Assembly: GCA_051746205.1 (NCBI GenBank)
Contig: JBNJEU010000005.1
Location: forward strand, 1,344-65,343
Reading direction: 5' to 3'
Source: Pseudomonadota bacterium
GTDB taxonomy: Bacteria > Pseudomonadota > Gammaproteobacteria > Thiohalospirales > Thiohalospiraceae
Length of the DNA stretch: 64,000 bases
Shown: positions 40,143-50,810 of the stretch, one piece after another
How positions within the stretch are numbered: position 1 is the stretch's first letter
How the letters are laid out: every line of letters starts with the position of its first letter
Notes under the pieces: generated by a model
The model's input: the letters and a program-made list of their open reading frames with translations, nothing else
The model's database searches: none
What the model was told of the DNA's origin: nothing
Translations under genes and position numbers: made by a program

Positions 40143-40973
40143 TTACTCCGCGGTGGCTTCGCGCAGCAGTTCGTTGAGGCCGACCTTGCCCCGGGTCTGC
40201 GCGTCCACCTGTTTGACGATGATGGCGGCGTAGAGGCTGTGGCTGCCGTCCTTGCTCGGCAGGGAGCCGGGCACGACCACGGCGCCGGCCGGAACCCGAC
40301 CCCGGATGATCTCGCCGGTCTCGCGGTTGTAGATGGGGGTGCTCTGGCCGATGAAGACACCCATGGAGAGCACCGCGCCGGTCTCGACGATGACGCCCTC
40401 GACGATCTCGGAGCGGGCGCCGATGAAGCAGTCGTCCTCGATGATGGTCGGCGCGGCCTGGAGCGGCTCCAGTACGCCGCCGATGCCGACGCCGCCGGAG
40501 AGATGGACGTTCTTGCCGATCTGGGCGCAGGAGCCGACGGTGGCCCAGGTGTCGACCATGGTGCCGGTGTCGACATACGCGCCGATGTTGACGTAGGAGG
40601 GCATCAGAACGACGTTGGGGGCGATGTAGGAGCCCCGGCGCACCGCCGCCGGCGGCACCACGCGCACGCCCTCGTCGCGGAAGTCGCGGGAGTTGTGGTC
40701 GGCGTACTTCGGCGGCACCTTGTCGAAGTAGTTGGTGAAGCCGCCCTTCATGAACTCGTTGTCGTGGATCCGGAAGGAGAGCAGAACCGCCTTCTTCAGC
40801 CACTCGTTGACCACCCACTGGTCACCCGGCTTCTCGGCGACTCGGCTCTCGCCACGGTCGAGCCGGCCCATGGCCTCCTCGACGGCGTCGCGCACCAGCG
40901 TGTCGACGCTGCGCGGGGTGATGTCGGCGCGCTTTTCGAACGCCTCTTCGATGATGCTCTGGATGTCGCTCAT
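40143..40973 (-). CDS. dapD: Tetrahydrodipicolinate N-succinyltransferase
   Basis: [42 protein letters not shown]. Confidence 0.97.
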   Translation of the reverse strand: MSDIQSIIEEAFEKRADITPRSVDTLVRDAVEEAMGRLDRGESRVAEKPGDQWVVNEWLKKAVLLSFRIHDNEFMKGGFTNYFDKVPPKYADHNSRDFRDEGVRVVPPAAVRRGSYIAPNVVLMPSYVNIGAYVDTGTMVDTWATVGSCAQIGKNVHLSGGVGIGGVLEPLQAAPTIIEDDCFIGARSEIVEGVIVETGAVLSMGVFIGQSTPIYNRETGEIIRGRVPAGAVVVPGSLPSKDGSHSLYAAIIVKQVDAQTRGKVGLNELLREATAE

Positions 40974-40999
40974 GCTCGGTTCTCCGTGGTCGGTTGAGT

Positions 41000-42196
41000 T
41001 CAAAGTGTCTCGATGAAGGCGCGGACGCGGTGGGCGGCCTCGACGCAGCGTTCAGTCTCGGCCACCAGCGCCAGGCGCACGCGGTTCTCGCCGGGGTTGG
41101 GGCCGGCGTCGAGGCCGTGGCGTTCGCGGCCCAGATAACGGCCGGGCAGGACGGTGACGTGCTGCTCGGCGAACAGTCGGCGGGCGAATTCGGTATCGTC
41201 GATGGGCGTGCGCGGCCAGAGGTAGAAACCGGCGTCGGGGCGCCGCACCTCGAGCACCGGCTCCAGGATCGGGAGCACGGCGTCGAAACGCGCCTGGTAG
41301 TCGGCGCGGTTGGCGGCGACGTGCCCCTCGTCGTTCCAGGCGGCGATGCTGGCGGCCTGCACCGGCGGCCCCAGGGCGCAGCCGTGGTAGGTGCGGTAGC
41401 GCAGGAAGGCGTTCAGCACCTCGGCGTCGCCGGCGACGAAACCGGAGCGCAGCCCCGGCAGGTTGGAGCGCTTGGACAGGCTGTGGAAGACCACGCAGCG
41501 GCGGAAATCGGTGTTGCCGGCGGCGGCGGCCGCCCCCAGCAGCCCCTCCGGCGCCGGCCCGTCGGCGGCGTATATCTCGGCGTAGCACTCGTCGCTGGCG
41601 ATGATGAAGTCGTGGCGCTCGGCGCGCTCCAGCAGTCGGGTCAGTTGCTCGCGGTCGAGCACCGCGCCGGTGGGGTTGCCCGGGGTGCAGATGTAGAGCA
41701 GCTGGCAGCGGTCCCAGACGGCATCGGGCACGGCGTCGAAGTCGGGTCGGCCGTCCTCGCCCAGCGGCAGGTAGCCCGGCTCGGCCCCGGCCAGCAGCGC
41801 AGCACCCTCGTAGATCTGATAGAACGGATTGGGCAGCAGCACCAGCGGCCGGGCGTGGCGGTCCACCACCGCCTGGGCGAGGGCGAAGAGCGCCTCGCGG
41901 GTTCCGGCCACCGGCAGGCAGTGGCGTTCCGGATCGACGGCGTCGGCGGGCAGCCCGAAACGGCGCGTCAGCCAGCCCGCGATGGCCTGGCGTAGCGCAG
42001 GCTCGCCCCGGGTGGTGGGGTAGCGCGCCAGCATCTCCAGGTGCCCGGCGAGGGCCTCGCGGACGAACGCCGGGGCCGGGTTGCGCGGCTCGCCGATGGA
42101 GAGCGGGATCGGGTCCGGTTCCCCGGGCGGCTCGCCGAGCAGGGTCGCCAGCTTCTCGAACGGGTAGGGATGGAGGTGGTCGAGATCGGGGTTCAT
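41000..42196 (-). CDS. dapC: Succinyldiaminopimelate transaminase
   Basis: [26 protein letters not shown] and [14 protein letters not shown] (PLP Lys). Confidence 0.93.
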   Translation of the reverse strand: MNPDLDHLHPYPFEKLATLLGEPPGEPDPIPLSIGEPRNPAPAFVREALAGHLEMLARYPTTRGEPALRQAIAGWLTRRFGLPADAVDPERHCLPVAGTREALFALAQAVVDRHARPLVLLPNPFYQIYEGAALLAGAEPGYLPLGEDGRPDFDAVPDAVWDRCQLLYICTPGNPTGAVLDREQLTRLLERAERHDFIIASDECYAEIYAADGPAPEGLLGAAAAAGNTDFRRCVVFHSLSKRSNLPGLRSGFVAGDAEVLNAFLRYRTYHGCALGPPVQAASIAAWNDEGHVAANRADYQARFDAVLPILEPVLEVRRPDAGFYLWPRTPIDDTEFARRLFAEQHVTVLPGRYLGRERHGLDAGPNPGENRVRLALVAETERCVEAAHRVRAFIETL

Positions 42197-42232
42197 GGGG
42201 CGGTGCCGTAAGTAGGCTCTTCGAGATTGTGC

Positions 42233-42266
42233 TGAAGGCCGGAACCGTGGCGGTGTCCGGCCTTCA
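42233..42266. repeat. Strong hairpin in the predicted dapC 5' leader
   Basis: TGAAGGCCGGA / TCCGGCCTTCA 11-bp perfect arms with an inner ACCG-TGG-CGGT stem. Confidence 0.8.
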
Positions 42267-42293
42267 AGCCCGGCGTGAATCCGTTTGCGCGCC

Positions 42294-42322
42294 ATTGTAC
42301 GACAACGAACCCCTCCGGAGAA
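42294..42322 (-). promoter_or_regulatory. Putative sigma-70 promoter of dapCDE
   Basis: Minus strand TTCTCC-N17-TACAAT followed by a GC-rich discriminator GGCGCGC. Confidence 0.55.
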
Positions 42323-42437
42323 CAGTGAAAACCGGAACGGATAATCTATGGGCAGATCCGCGCCGTCCCCTGCGTTATCATTGGTCCCATCAGCCACCTG
42401 GCACTCCACCCAGAACAACCACCGGAGGACTCGAACC

Positions 42438-43265
42438 ATGGCCGTGGATATCGCCACGCTGTCACTGCCCGCCCTCTCCCCGGAAGGGATGAAGGTCCTG
42501 GAAATGGTCGAGGCCCCCGATGCGGAGGTGGGGCCGGTTTCCGAGGCCGTCGCCCATGACCCATTGCTGAGCAGTACCCTGCTGAGCATCGCGAATTCAC
42601 CGGCCTACCGGCGGCGCACCGAGCTGACCAACGCCCGCCACGCGGTGAGCATGCTCGGGCTGAAGAAGGTGCGCATGGCGGTGATGGTGGTGGCCATGCG
42701 CCAGTCGCGCCAGCAGGGCGGGGCGATTCTGGAGGGACTCTGGGAACACGCCTTTGCCATGGCGGCGCTGATGCGCCGCATCGCCGGACGGGGGCCATCG
42801 ACCCTGGCCGACGATCTGGAGTTTACCGGATTGATGCACGACATGGGCGCGCTGGTCCTGGCGGCCAATTACCCCGATGCCTACCGCACCCTGTTCCAGG
42901 AGGCGGCCGCCGAGGAGGCCGATATTCTGGCCGCCGAGCGAGCCGTATTCGGTGTCGATCGCAGCACCGTGCTCGCCGGCATGGGGGAACGGTTGCACCT
43001 GCCCGGGATCATCCTCGAGGCGGAGGCCGCCTTCCGTGCCGGGGCCGATGTCGGCTCCGCCGAGGGCGAGGTGGAGACCCATCACGCGGTGCTCGCCCTG
43101 GCCCACCATCTGGACCGCATGGCCCACGCCGGCAGTCAGCGACCCCGCGAGCCTGTCGGGCCGAAGGCGGAGACCCTTCGGCGTGCCCTGAACCTCGGCG
43201 CGGAGGACATCGACGACCTCGTGGATGAATTCGAATCGCTGCTCGACGAGAGCCTGAGTATCTGA
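42438..43265 (+). CDS. Stand-alone HDOD domain protein 1
   Basis: GGAGG SD. HDPLLSSTLLSIANSPAY, AVSMLG and GLMHDMG motifs. Confidence 0.88.
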   Translation: MAVDIATLSLPALSPEGMKVLEMVEAPDAEVGPVSEAVAHDPLLSSTLLSIANSPAYRRRTELTNARHAVSMLGLKKVRMAVMVVAMRQSRQQGGAILEGLWEHAFAMAALMRRIAGRGPSTLADDLEFTGLMHDMGALVLAANYPDAYRTLFQEAAAEEADILAAERAVFGVDRSTVLAGMGERLHLPGIILEAEAAFRAGADVGSAEGEVETHHAVLALAHHLDRMAHAGSQRPREPVGPKAETLRRALNLGAEDIDDLVDEFESLLDESLSI

Positions 43266-43274
43266 GGAGTCTCC

Positions 43275-44108
43275 ATGAATTCCGAATTCATTTCGGTGAA
43301 GATGCCGAGCATCGCCCCCAGTGGACGCCAGGTCCTGGCGATGCTGGAAGAGGACAATCCCGACATGCTGCGGCTTACCGAGGCCATCGTGCATGATCCG
43401 GTGCTGGCCAGTGCGGTGTTGAAGTACGCCAATGCGCCGATGTACCGGCGCATGGTGGAGGTCACCAACGTCCGGCAGGCGATCAGCATCCTCGGTCTGC
43501 GCAACGTGCGCCTGGCGGTGATGGTGGCGAGCATGCGCAGCTTCTCCGATCCTTACGCACACAGCCCCATCGCCGAGGCGCTGTGGACTCACAGCTTTGC
43601 CATGGCCGGGCTCACCAAGGCCATCGCCCAGATGGCCGCGCCGCAGATGGCGGAAGATCTGGAACTCACCGGCCTGCTCCACGAGATGGGCGGCCTGATC
43701 CTGCTGACCAACTTTCCCGAAGAGTATCAACAGGTGGTGCGCGAGGCGCTGGCGGAAGGCGCCTACATCGAGGACCGCGAGAAGGATTTCTTCGGGGTGA
43801 CCCATAACGAACTGGTGTCGCGTCTCATCGACGAGATCCGCCTGCCCGACGTGACCCTGGGGGCGATTACCGACTTTCCCTTCATGCGCGACATCCAGAT
43901 GGTTGAACGGGAGGTGGACTACCACATCGCCATCCTGGCCCTGGCCCATCACATCTACGAGGCCAGCGGCCGGGATCCGGACCATCCGCTGGAACGCTAT
44001 CCCGGTCAGCGCGAGGAACTGATGGCTCTGCTCGAACTGAGCGAGGAAGACATGGTCTCCCTGAGCGAGCAGTTCGACGCCATTCAGGCCGATCTGCTAT
44101 CCCGCTGA
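43275..44108 (+). CDS. Stand-alone HDOD domain protein 2, paralog of protein 1
   Basis: HDPVLASAVLKYANAPMY, AISILG and GLLHEMG motifs; 3' end overlaps the glnD stop. Confidence 0.88.
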   Translation: MNSEFISVKMPSIAPSGRQVLAMLEEDNPDMLRLTEAIVHDPVLASAVLKYANAPMYRRMVEVTNVRQAISILGLRNVRLAVMVASMRSFSDPYAHSPIAEALWTHSFAMAGLTKAIAQMAAPQMAEDLELTGLLHEMGGLILLTNFPEEYQQVVREALAEGAYIEDREKDFFGVTHNELVSRLIDEIRLPDVTLGAITDFPFMRDIQMVEREVDYHIAILALAHHIYEASGRDPDHPLERYPGQREELMALLELSEEDMVSLSEQFDAIQADLLSR

Positions 44109-46793
44109 GCGCTGCTGCGTCTCCGCGCCATTGTCCACGGCGGCGCGGATCCGTTCCGCCAGCCCGTTGATGAGCCCGGGATCCTTGAGGGGACGACCCT
44201 GGTCGTCGGTGACGAAGAAGATGTCCTCGGCGCGCTCGCCCAGGGTGGTGATCTTGGCGTTCTGGATCCGCAACCCGGCGTCGAGGAGTTCGGCGCCGAT
44301 GAGGGCCAGCAGTCCCGGTCGATCGGCGGTTTCCACGCGTAGCACGGTACGCTGATTGCCCGGATCCTCGCGCAGGTCCACCCGGGTGGCCAACGGAAAG
44401 TGCTTGAGCTGGCGCGAGATCCGGTGGCTCGGATGGACCATCTCCTCGATCGGACGAGCCAGTCCGTTCCGCAGTGCGGCCTCGATTTCGGTGATGCGCT
44501 CACCGCTGCTGATGGATTCGCCGTTCTCCTCGAGGATGGTGAAGCTGTTGAGGGTCTGGCCGTCGCGGGAAGTGACGATGCGGGCGTCGGCCACTGTCAG
44601 CCCCAGCTGTTCCAGCACCGAGGTGGTGCGCACGAAGATGGTCGGGTCGACGGGGGCGTGGATGAACAGTTCGGTGCCCCCGCGCTGGGTCTTCTGGCGG
44701 AACTGGATAAGAGGCCCCTCCGGATGGCCGCGCTGAAGGATGGCCTGGGCGTGCCAGACCAGTTCGTCGGCGCTGTAGCGGCGGAAATACTCATCGTCGA
44801 AGTTCTGCCACAGCGCCTCCAGGGCGTCGGGAGCCAGGGCATGGTGGTGTAGCTGGGCGCGCGCCTCTTCCTTGTGCTGTTCCACCATTTCCGCCTGATC
44901 CAGTCGGTTGTCCAGACCACGCTCCAGGGCATCACGGGTGGCGTGGTAGAGTTCCGCCAGCAGGGCGTCCTTCCAGTCGTTCCAGACCGTGGGGCTGGTG
45001 GCGCGCATGTCCGCCACCGTCAGCAGATAGAGACCGTCCAGGTGGCGGCGATCGCCGACCCGCGCGGCGAAGGCGTTGATGACCTCCGGGTCGCTGATGT
45101 CCTTGCGCTGGGCGGTGGTGGAGAAGAGCAGATGGTGGCGGACCAGCCAGACCACCAGCTCCGTCTCGGACGCCGAGAGGCCGTGGGCGGTGCAGAAGTT
45201 CTCGGCGTCCTCGGCCCCCAGTTCCGAGTGGTCGCCGCCGCGCCCCTTGGCAATGTCGTGGAACAGCGCCGCAAGATAGAGCAGCTCCGGTTGCGTCTGC
45301 TCGGCGATGAGCGAAGAGCTGAGCGGAAACTCGTGGGCGAAGTCGGGTACCGTGAAGCGGCGCAGATTGCGCACCACGAACAGGGTGTGCTGATCCACGG
45401 TGTAGGCGTGGAAGAGATCGTGCTGCATCTGGCCGACGATCTCGCCGAAGGCGGGAATGTAGGCGGCCAGCACGCCGTAGCGATTCATCCGGCGCAGCTC
45501 GTGGGTGACCCCGCGCGGCTGGCGGAGGAACTCCAGGAACAGCGAGCGGGCGCGCGGATCGGCGCGGAAATCGGCGTCGATGAGGTGGCGGTGGTCGCGC
45601 ACGAGGCGGATGGTATTGGCGCGTACCCCCTGGAGTTCCGGATGGCGCGCCTTGACCAGGAAGAGTTCGAGCAGCGCGGTCGGCTCCTCGGTGAAAACCC
45701 CCGAATGGGCCACTTCGATGAAGCCGCGCTGCGCCTGGAAACGGCTGTTGAGCGGGCGCGGCTCCTCCGCCGGTTCGTCGGTCAGCAGGATCTCCTCCTG
45801 GAAGAGCTGCAGCAGGAGTTCATTGAGCCGGCGCAGCTCGGTGATGGTGCGGTAGTATGCTTTCATGAAGTGTTCCACCGCCAGCCGCCGCGTGTCATCG
45901 GTATAACCGAATTCCCGGGCCAGTGCGCGCTGGTGGTCGAACAGCAGCCGATCCTCGCGCCGACCGGTGAGGACATGGAGACCGAATCGGACCCGCCAGA
46001 GGAAGGCCTGACCCTCCGCCAGGGCCGTGTATTCGTGCTCGGTGAGGAAGCCGTGGCCCACCAGCGAGTACAGGGTGTCGGCATTGAAGTGGCGCTTGGC
46101 CACCCAGCCGATCATCTGGATGTCGCGCAGGCCGCCGGGGCTCTCCTTCACATTGGGTTCGAGGTTGTGGGCGGTGTCGTGGTACTTGCGGTGGCGGGTG
46201 ATCTGTTCCCGCCACTTGGCTTCGAAAAAGGCGCGGCTGTTCCAGAGCCGATCGGGGCCGGTACGCGCCCGCATCCCCTCGAACAGGCCGGTATCGCCGG
46301 CGATGCGGCGTGCCTCCATCATGTTGGTGGCCACGGTGATGTCGCGGCGCGATTCCATTTCGCAATCGGCCACGCTGCGCACGCTCTGGCCGACCTCCAG
46401 TCCGATGTCCCAGAGGAAGGTCAGGAAGGCGCTCAGCGCCTCTTCCGGCGGTTCCTCGGTCTCGGGCAGCAGGATCATGATGTCGACGTCGGAGCCGAGA
46501 TGGAGCTCGCCGCGGCCATAGCCGCCGACCGCGATCAGGGCGAGGCGCTCTGCGACCCCGGTCGGGAGCCAGTGCGCCCAGGCACGCCGAAGCAGGGCGT
46601 CCGCTACGGCCGCACGGCCATGCACGAGTTCGGTGATCGGCCGTCCTTCGTGGAAGGCCTCGGCGAGGGTGGTGCGAGTGCGATCCAGGACCTCCCGGAA
46701 CAGCGCATGGGGAGGCTCGCCGGCGGCCAGTCGCCGGTCCAGAGCCGCCTCGTTCAGCAGCCAGGGAACCGGAGAGGGATCCGGCTGGGTCAA
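44097..46793 (-). CDS. glnD: PII uridylyltransferase/uridylyl-removing enzyme
   Basis: TTG start overlapping the map stop (TTGA) with GGAG SD. AVGGYGRGEL, KESPGGLRD, LFHDIAKG and two ACT domains. Confidence 0.95.
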   Translation of the reverse strand: MTQPDPSPVPWLLNEAALDRRLAAGEPPHALFREVLDRTRTTLAEAFHEGRPITELVHGRAAVADALLRRAWAHWLPTGVAERLALIAVGGYGRGELHLGSDVDIMILLPETEEPPEEALSAFLTFLWDIGLEVGQSVRSVADCEMESRRDITVATNMMEARRIAGDTGLFEGMRARTGPDRLWNSRAFFEAKWREQITRHRKYHDTAHNLEPNVKESPGGLRDIQMIGWVAKRHFNADTLYSLVGHGFLTEHEYTALAEGQAFLWRVRFGLHVLTGRREDRLLFDHQRALAREFGYTDDTRRLAVEHFMKAYYRTITELRRLNELLLQLFQEEILLTDEPAEEPRPLNSRFQAQRGFIEVAHSGVFTEEPTALLELFLVKARHPELQGVRANTIRLVRDHRHLIDADFRADPRARSLFLEFLRQPRGVTHELRRMNRYGVLAAYIPAFGEIVGQMQHDLFHAYTVDQHTLFVVRNLRRFTVPDFAHEFPLSSSLIAEQTQPELLYLAALFHDIAKGRGGDHSELGAEDAENFCTAHGLSASETELVVWLVRHHLLFSTTAQRKDISDPEVINAFAARVGDRRHLDGLYLLTVADMRATSPTVWNDWKDALLAELYHATRDALERGLDNRLDQAEMVEQHKEEARAQLHHHALAPDALEALWQNFDDEYFRRYSADELVWHAQAILQRGHPEGPLIQFRQKTQRGGTELFIHAPVDPTIFVRTTSVLEQLGLTVADARIVTSRDGQTLNSFTILEENGESISSGERITEIEAALRNGLARPIEEMVHPSHRISRQLKHFPLATRVDLREDPGNQRTVLRVETADRPGLLALIGAELLDAGLRIQNAKITTLGERAEDIFFVTDDQGRPLKDPGLINGLAERIRAAVDNGAETQQRSAG

Positions 46794-47557
46794 ACGGGGT
46801 CTCCGTCGCGCCGGGTCAGGATCTCGTGGCCGTCCTCGGTGACCAGCAGGGTGTGTTCCCACTGGGCGGAGAGGCTGCGGTCCTTGGTGACCACGGTCCA
46901 GTCGTCCTTGAGGACCTTCACATCGCGCTTGCCGAGGTTCACCATCGGCTCGATGGTGAAGGTCATGCCCGGCTCCAGGGCGAGACCGGTGCCCGCCTCG
47001 CCGTAGTGGAGCACCTGCGGCTCCTCGTGGAACTTGCGCCCGATCCCGTGGCCGCAGTATTCGCGCACCACGGTGCAGTCGTTCTTCTCGGCGTGGCGCT
47101 GGATGGCGTGGCCGATGTCGCCCAGACGCACACCGGGGGCGACCATGTCGATGCCGACCACCAGGCACTCGTGGGCGATGCGGCAGATCCGCTCGCCGCG
47201 CACGGTCGGCTTGCCCACCTGGTACATCTTGCTGGTGTCGCCGTGGTAGCCGTCCTTGATCACGGTGACGTCGATGTTGACGATGTCGCCGTCCTTGAGC
47301 TTCTTGTCGCCCGGGATCCCGTGGCAGACCACGTGGTTCACCGAGGTGCAGACCGACTTCGGGAAGCCGTGGTAGTTGAGCGGCGCGGGGATGGCGTCCT
47401 GCTCGTTGACGATGTAGTCGTGGGCCAGGCGGTCCAGCTCGTCGGTGGTCACCCCGGGCTGCACACGGGGTTCCAGCATGGCCAGAACGTCGGCGGCCAG
47501 TCGGCCGGCCACGCGCATCTTCTCGATCTCGTCGGCGGTCTTGATGGATACGGTCAT
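46790..47557 (-). CDS. map: Type I methionine aminopeptidase
   Basis: VCHGIP, IDVTV, GDTS, GHGIG, FTIEPM and QWEHT motifs. Confidence 0.97.
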   Translation of the reverse strand: MTVSIKTADEIEKMRVAGRLAADVLAMLEPRVQPGVTTDELDRLAHDYIVNEQDAIPAPLNYHGFPKSVCTSVNHVVCHGIPGDKKLKDGDIVNIDVTVIKDGYHGDTSKMYQVGKPTVRGERICRIAHECLVVGIDMVAPGVRLGDIGHAIQRHAEKNDCTVVREYCGHGIGRKFHEEPQVLHYGEAGTGLALEPGMTFTIEPMVNLGKRDVKVLKDDWTVVTKDRSLSAQWEHTLLVTEDGHEILTRRDGDPV

Positions 47558-47598
47558 TGTGGGAGGGTTCCTGGAACCGCGTGAAAGCGGTCTGTGGT

Positions 47599-47637
47599 TT
47601 GTCGTGCAAGGACGTTCCATGGTATAAATCGCGCGCC
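47599..47637 (+). promoter_or_regulatory. rpsB extended -10 promoter with GC-rich discriminator
   Basis: TTGTCG...TGG-TATAAA-TCGCGCGCC, resembling the enterobacterial rpsB promoter. Confidence 0.75.
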
Positions 47638-47687
47638 GTTTAGGCAAATCACTCCCACCATGACGCCCGTGCGGCCCGTGGGGGAAA

Positions 47688-47766
47688 TACACACACGCAC
47701 CGATAGAAACGCCCGCCAGGGTGCTCCGCAAGGGGTTGGTGGTCGGGGTGCGTGGAGGCTCAACCC
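47688..47766 (+). ncRNA. rpsB 5' leader (t44 / S2 autoregulatory element)
   Basis: ACACACACGCACCG...GGGTGCTCC...GGGGTTGGT...GGTGCGTGGAGGCTCAACCC matches the conserved blocks of the gammaproteobacterial rpsB leader. Confidence 0.8.
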
Positions 47767-47784
47767 TGAAAAAGGAAATCAACC

Positions 47785-48594
47785 ATGTCCGATATCTCCA
47801 TGCGCAACCTGCTGGAGGCCGGTGTCCATTTCGGCCATCAGACGCGCTACTGGAACCCGCAGATGGCTCCGTACATCTTCGGCGCCCGCAACAAGATCCA
47901 CATCATTAACCTGGAAAAGACCCTGCCGCTCTTCCAGGAGGCCCAGAACTTCGTCGGTAGCCTGGCCGCGCGCAAGGGCAAGATCCTCTTCGTCGGCACC
48001 AAGCGCGCCGCCCAGGACGTGGTCCGCGACGAGGCGCTGCGCTGCGGCATGCCGTATGTGAACCATCGCTGGCTCGGCGGCATGCTCACCAACTTCAAGA
48101 CCGTGCGCCAGTCCATCCGCCGCCTGAAGGAACTCGAGACCATGCGCGACGACGGGACCTTCGACCGCCTTCGCAAGAAGGAAGCGATGATGCTTTCCCG
48201 CGAACTGGACAAGCTCGAGCGCGGTCTCGGCGGCATCAAGGACATGGGCGGTCTGCCCGACGCGATGTTCGTGGTCGACGTCGGCTACGAGAAGAACGCC
48301 ATTGCCGAGGCCAACAAGCTCGGCATCCCGGTCATCGGCATCGTCGATACCAACAACAGCCCCAAGGGCGTCGATTACGTGATCCCGGGCAACGATGATG
48401 CCCTGCGTGCCGTGCGCATCTACGTCAAGGGCATTGCCGACGCCATTGAAGACGGTCGCCGTTCCAGCGGCCACGCCGTCGCCGATGATTTCGTCGAAAT
48501 GGACGAGACCGAGACCACCGATGAGGCCGCCGAAGCCGCCGCCACCGCGCCGGAGACCGAGGCGGTCGTCGAAGCATCCGAAGCGAGGACTTGA
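47785..48594 (+). CDS. rpsB: 30S ribosomal protein S2
   Basis: [32 protein letters not shown]. Confidence 0.98.
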   Translation: MSDISMRNLLEAGVHFGHQTRYWNPQMAPYIFGARNKIHIINLEKTLPLFQEAQNFVGSLAARKGKILFVGTKRAAQDVVRDEALRCGMPYVNHRWLGGMLTNFKTVRQSIRRLKELETMRDDGTFDRLRKKEAMMLSRELDKLERGLGGIKDMGGLPDAMFVVDVGYEKNAIAEANKLGIPVIGIVDTNNSPKGVDYVIPGNDDALRAVRIYVKGIADAIEDGRRSSGHAVADDFVEMDETETTDEAAEAAATAPETEAVVEASEART

Positions 48595-48598
48595 ACCG

Positions 48599-49483
48599 AT
48601 GGCAATTTCCGCAGCACAGGTTAAGGAACTGCGTGAGCGCACCGGCGCCGGCATGATGGAGTGCAAGAAGGCACTGACCGAGACCGAGGGCGACATGGAG
48701 GCGGCCATCGAGCACATGCGCAAGAGCGGGCTGGCGAAGGCCGACAAGAAGGCCGATCGCACCGCCGCCGAGGGTCGCATCGCCGTGGCGTACAGCGGTG
48801 ACGGCAAGGCCGGCGCCATTGTCGAGGTCAACTGCGAGACCGACTTCGTCGGTCGTGGTGACGAGTTCGCCGACTTCGTCCAGGGGATCGCCCAGCGCAT
48901 CGTCGACGAGCGCCCTGCCGACGTCGATGCCCTGCTGGCCCTGCCGTCGAAGGGCGAGGGCGAGACCGTGGGCGACGCGGTCAAGCACCTCATCGCCAAG
49001 ATCGGGGAGAACATGAACGTGCGCCGCTTCGAGATCTTCGAGACCGGGACCGGGAGCCTCAACCATTACCTCCACGGCGAGCGCATCGGCGTTCTGGTGG
49101 AGCTGGAGGGCGGCGACGCCGATCTGGCTCGCGACATCGCCATGCACGTGGCGGCCAGCAACCCGGCCTGCATCAACGAGTCCGAGGTACCCGCCGATCT
49201 GATGGAGAAGGAAAAGGCTGTCTTCAAGGCGCAGGCCGAAGAGAGCGGCAAGCCGGCCGACATCATCGAGAAGATGATCGACGGCCGGATGAAGAAGTTC
49301 CTGAAGGAGGTCACCCTGCTGGGTCAGCCCTTCGTCAAGGACCCGGATCAGACCGTGGAGCAGCTGCTGGAGGCCAAGGGCGCGAAGGCCGTGCGCTTCG
49401 TCCGGCTGGAAGTCGGCGAGGGCATCGAGAAGGAAGAGGTGAGCTTCGCCGAAGAGGTCATGGCCCAGGTTCAGGGCAGCTGA
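48599..49483 (+). CDS. tsf: Elongation factor Ts
   Basis: [19 protein letters not shown] and EVNCETDFV. Confidence 0.98.
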   Translation: MAISAAQVKELRERTGAGMMECKKALTETEGDMEAAIEHMRKSGLAKADKKADRTAAEGRIAVAYSGDGKAGAIVEVNCETDFVGRGDEFADFVQGIAQRIVDERPADVDALLALPSKGEGETVGDAVKHLIAKIGENMNVRRFEIFETGTGSLNHYLHGERIGVLVELEGGDADLARDIAMHVAASNPACINESEVPADLMEKEKAVFKAQAEESGKPADIIEKMIDGRMKKFLKEVTLLGQPFVKDPDQTVEQLLEAKGAKAVRFVRLEVGEGIEKEEVSFAEEVMAQVQGS

Positions 49484-49493
49484 GGGCGGCGGG

Positions 49494-50237
49494 ATGGGAG
49501 ATGACCACGGTGGTACACCAGCCGGTCCCCGCATCCTGCTGAAACTCAGCGGGGAGGCCCTGATGGGGGAACGACCCTTCGGGGTCGACCCCGACGTCAT
49601 TGAACGGATCGCCGCCGAGATCGCCGAGGTCGCCGCGAGCGGCGTCCAGATCGGTCTGGTCATCGGTGGTGGCAACATCTTTCGCGGTGTCTCTCTGGCC
49701 GCCTCGGGGATGCACCGGGCCACCGCCGACAAGATGGGCATGATGGCCACGGTCATGAACGCCCTCTCCATGCAGGATGTTCTGGAACGTCAGGGCCAGA
49801 AGGTCCGGGTGATGTCCGCCCTGCAGATGCACGAGGTCTGCGAGGACTACATCCGTCGGCGGGCGATCCGCCATCTTGAAAAAGGCCGGGTGGTGATCTT
49901 CGCTGCCGGTACCGGCAATCCCTTCTTTACCACCGACAGCGCGGCCAGTCTGCGCGGGGTCGAGATCGACGCCGACCTGGTCCTCAAGGCGACCAAGGTC
50001 GACGGGGTTTACGATGCCGATCCGGTGGAGAATCCCGAGGCCCGGCGCTACGAGCGCCTGACCTACGACGACGTTCTGACCCGGCGTCTCAATGTCATGG
50101 ATGCCACGGCCATCGTGCTGTGTCGTGACCACGACATGCCGTTACGGGTCTTCAACATCAACAAGCCCGGGGCCCTGATGCGCATCGTGCGCGGCGAGGA
50201 CGAGGGGACCCTGGTGGAACGAGGTGACTCGGCATGA
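49494..50237 (+). CDS. pyrH: UMP kinase
   Basis: [25 protein letters not shown]. Confidence 0.97.
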   Translation: MGDDHGGTPAGPRILLKLSGEALMGERPFGVDPDVIERIAAEIAEVAASGVQIGLVIGGGNIFRGVSLAASGMHRATADKMGMMATVMNALSMQDVLERQGQKVRVMSALQMHEVCEDYIRRRAIRHLEKGRVVIFAAGTGNPFFTTDSAASLRGVEIDADLVLKATKVDGVYDADPVENPEARRYERLTYDDVLTRRLNVMDATAIVLCRDHDMPLRVFNINKPGALMRIVRGEDEGTLVERGDSA

Positions 50238-50791
50238 TCGATGATATCCGGAAGGATGCCGAACAGCGCATGCAGAAGTCCGTGGAGGCCTTTCGCGGCG
50301 AGCTGGCCAAACTGCGGACCGGGCGGGCCAATACCAGCCTGCTGGATCACGTGACCGTCGAGTACTACGGCAGCGAGATGCCGCTCTCGCAGGTCGCCAA
50401 CATCGGGGTGGAGGATGCCCGAACCCTGACCGTGAAGCCGTGGGAAAAGACCATGGTGCAGAAGGTGGAGAAGGCCATCATGAACTCCGATCTGGGGCTG
50501 AATCCGGCCACCGCCGGCGAGGTCATCCGAGTGCCGCTGCCGCCTCTCACCGAGGACCGGCGTCGCGAGATGGTGAAGCTGGTGGGCAGCGAGGCGGAGA
50601 AGGCGCGGGTCGCCATCCGCAACATCCGGCGCGACGCCAACTCCGATTTCAAGGCCCTGCTCAAGGAGAAGGAGATCACCGAGGACGATGAACGCGGGGC
50701 CGAGGAGGCGGTGCAGAAGCTGACCGACAAGTACATCGCCGAGGTCGAGAGCGTGGCCGAGGAGAAGGAACAGGACCTGATGTCCATCTAG
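50234..50791 (+). CDS. frr: Ribosome recycling factor
   Basis: LRTGRAN and [11 protein letters not shown]. Confidence 0.97.
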   Translation: MIDDIRKDAEQRMQKSVEAFRGELAKLRTGRANTSLLDHVTVEYYGSEMPLSQVANIGVEDARTLTVKPWEKTMVQKVEKAIMNSDLGLNPATAGEVIRVPLPPLTEDRRREMVKLVGSEAEKARVAIRNIRRDANSDFKALLKEKEITEDDERGAEEAVQKLTDKYIAEVESVAEEKEQDLMSI

Positions 50792-50810
50792 GCCGCCGGG
50801 CCTGCAACGA

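Noticed and set aside
44097-47609. 1170-aa ORF extending GlnD across map
   Set aside because: The extension is an off-frame shadow of map. A TTG with a GGAG SD overlaps the map stop and gives a normal-length GlnD.
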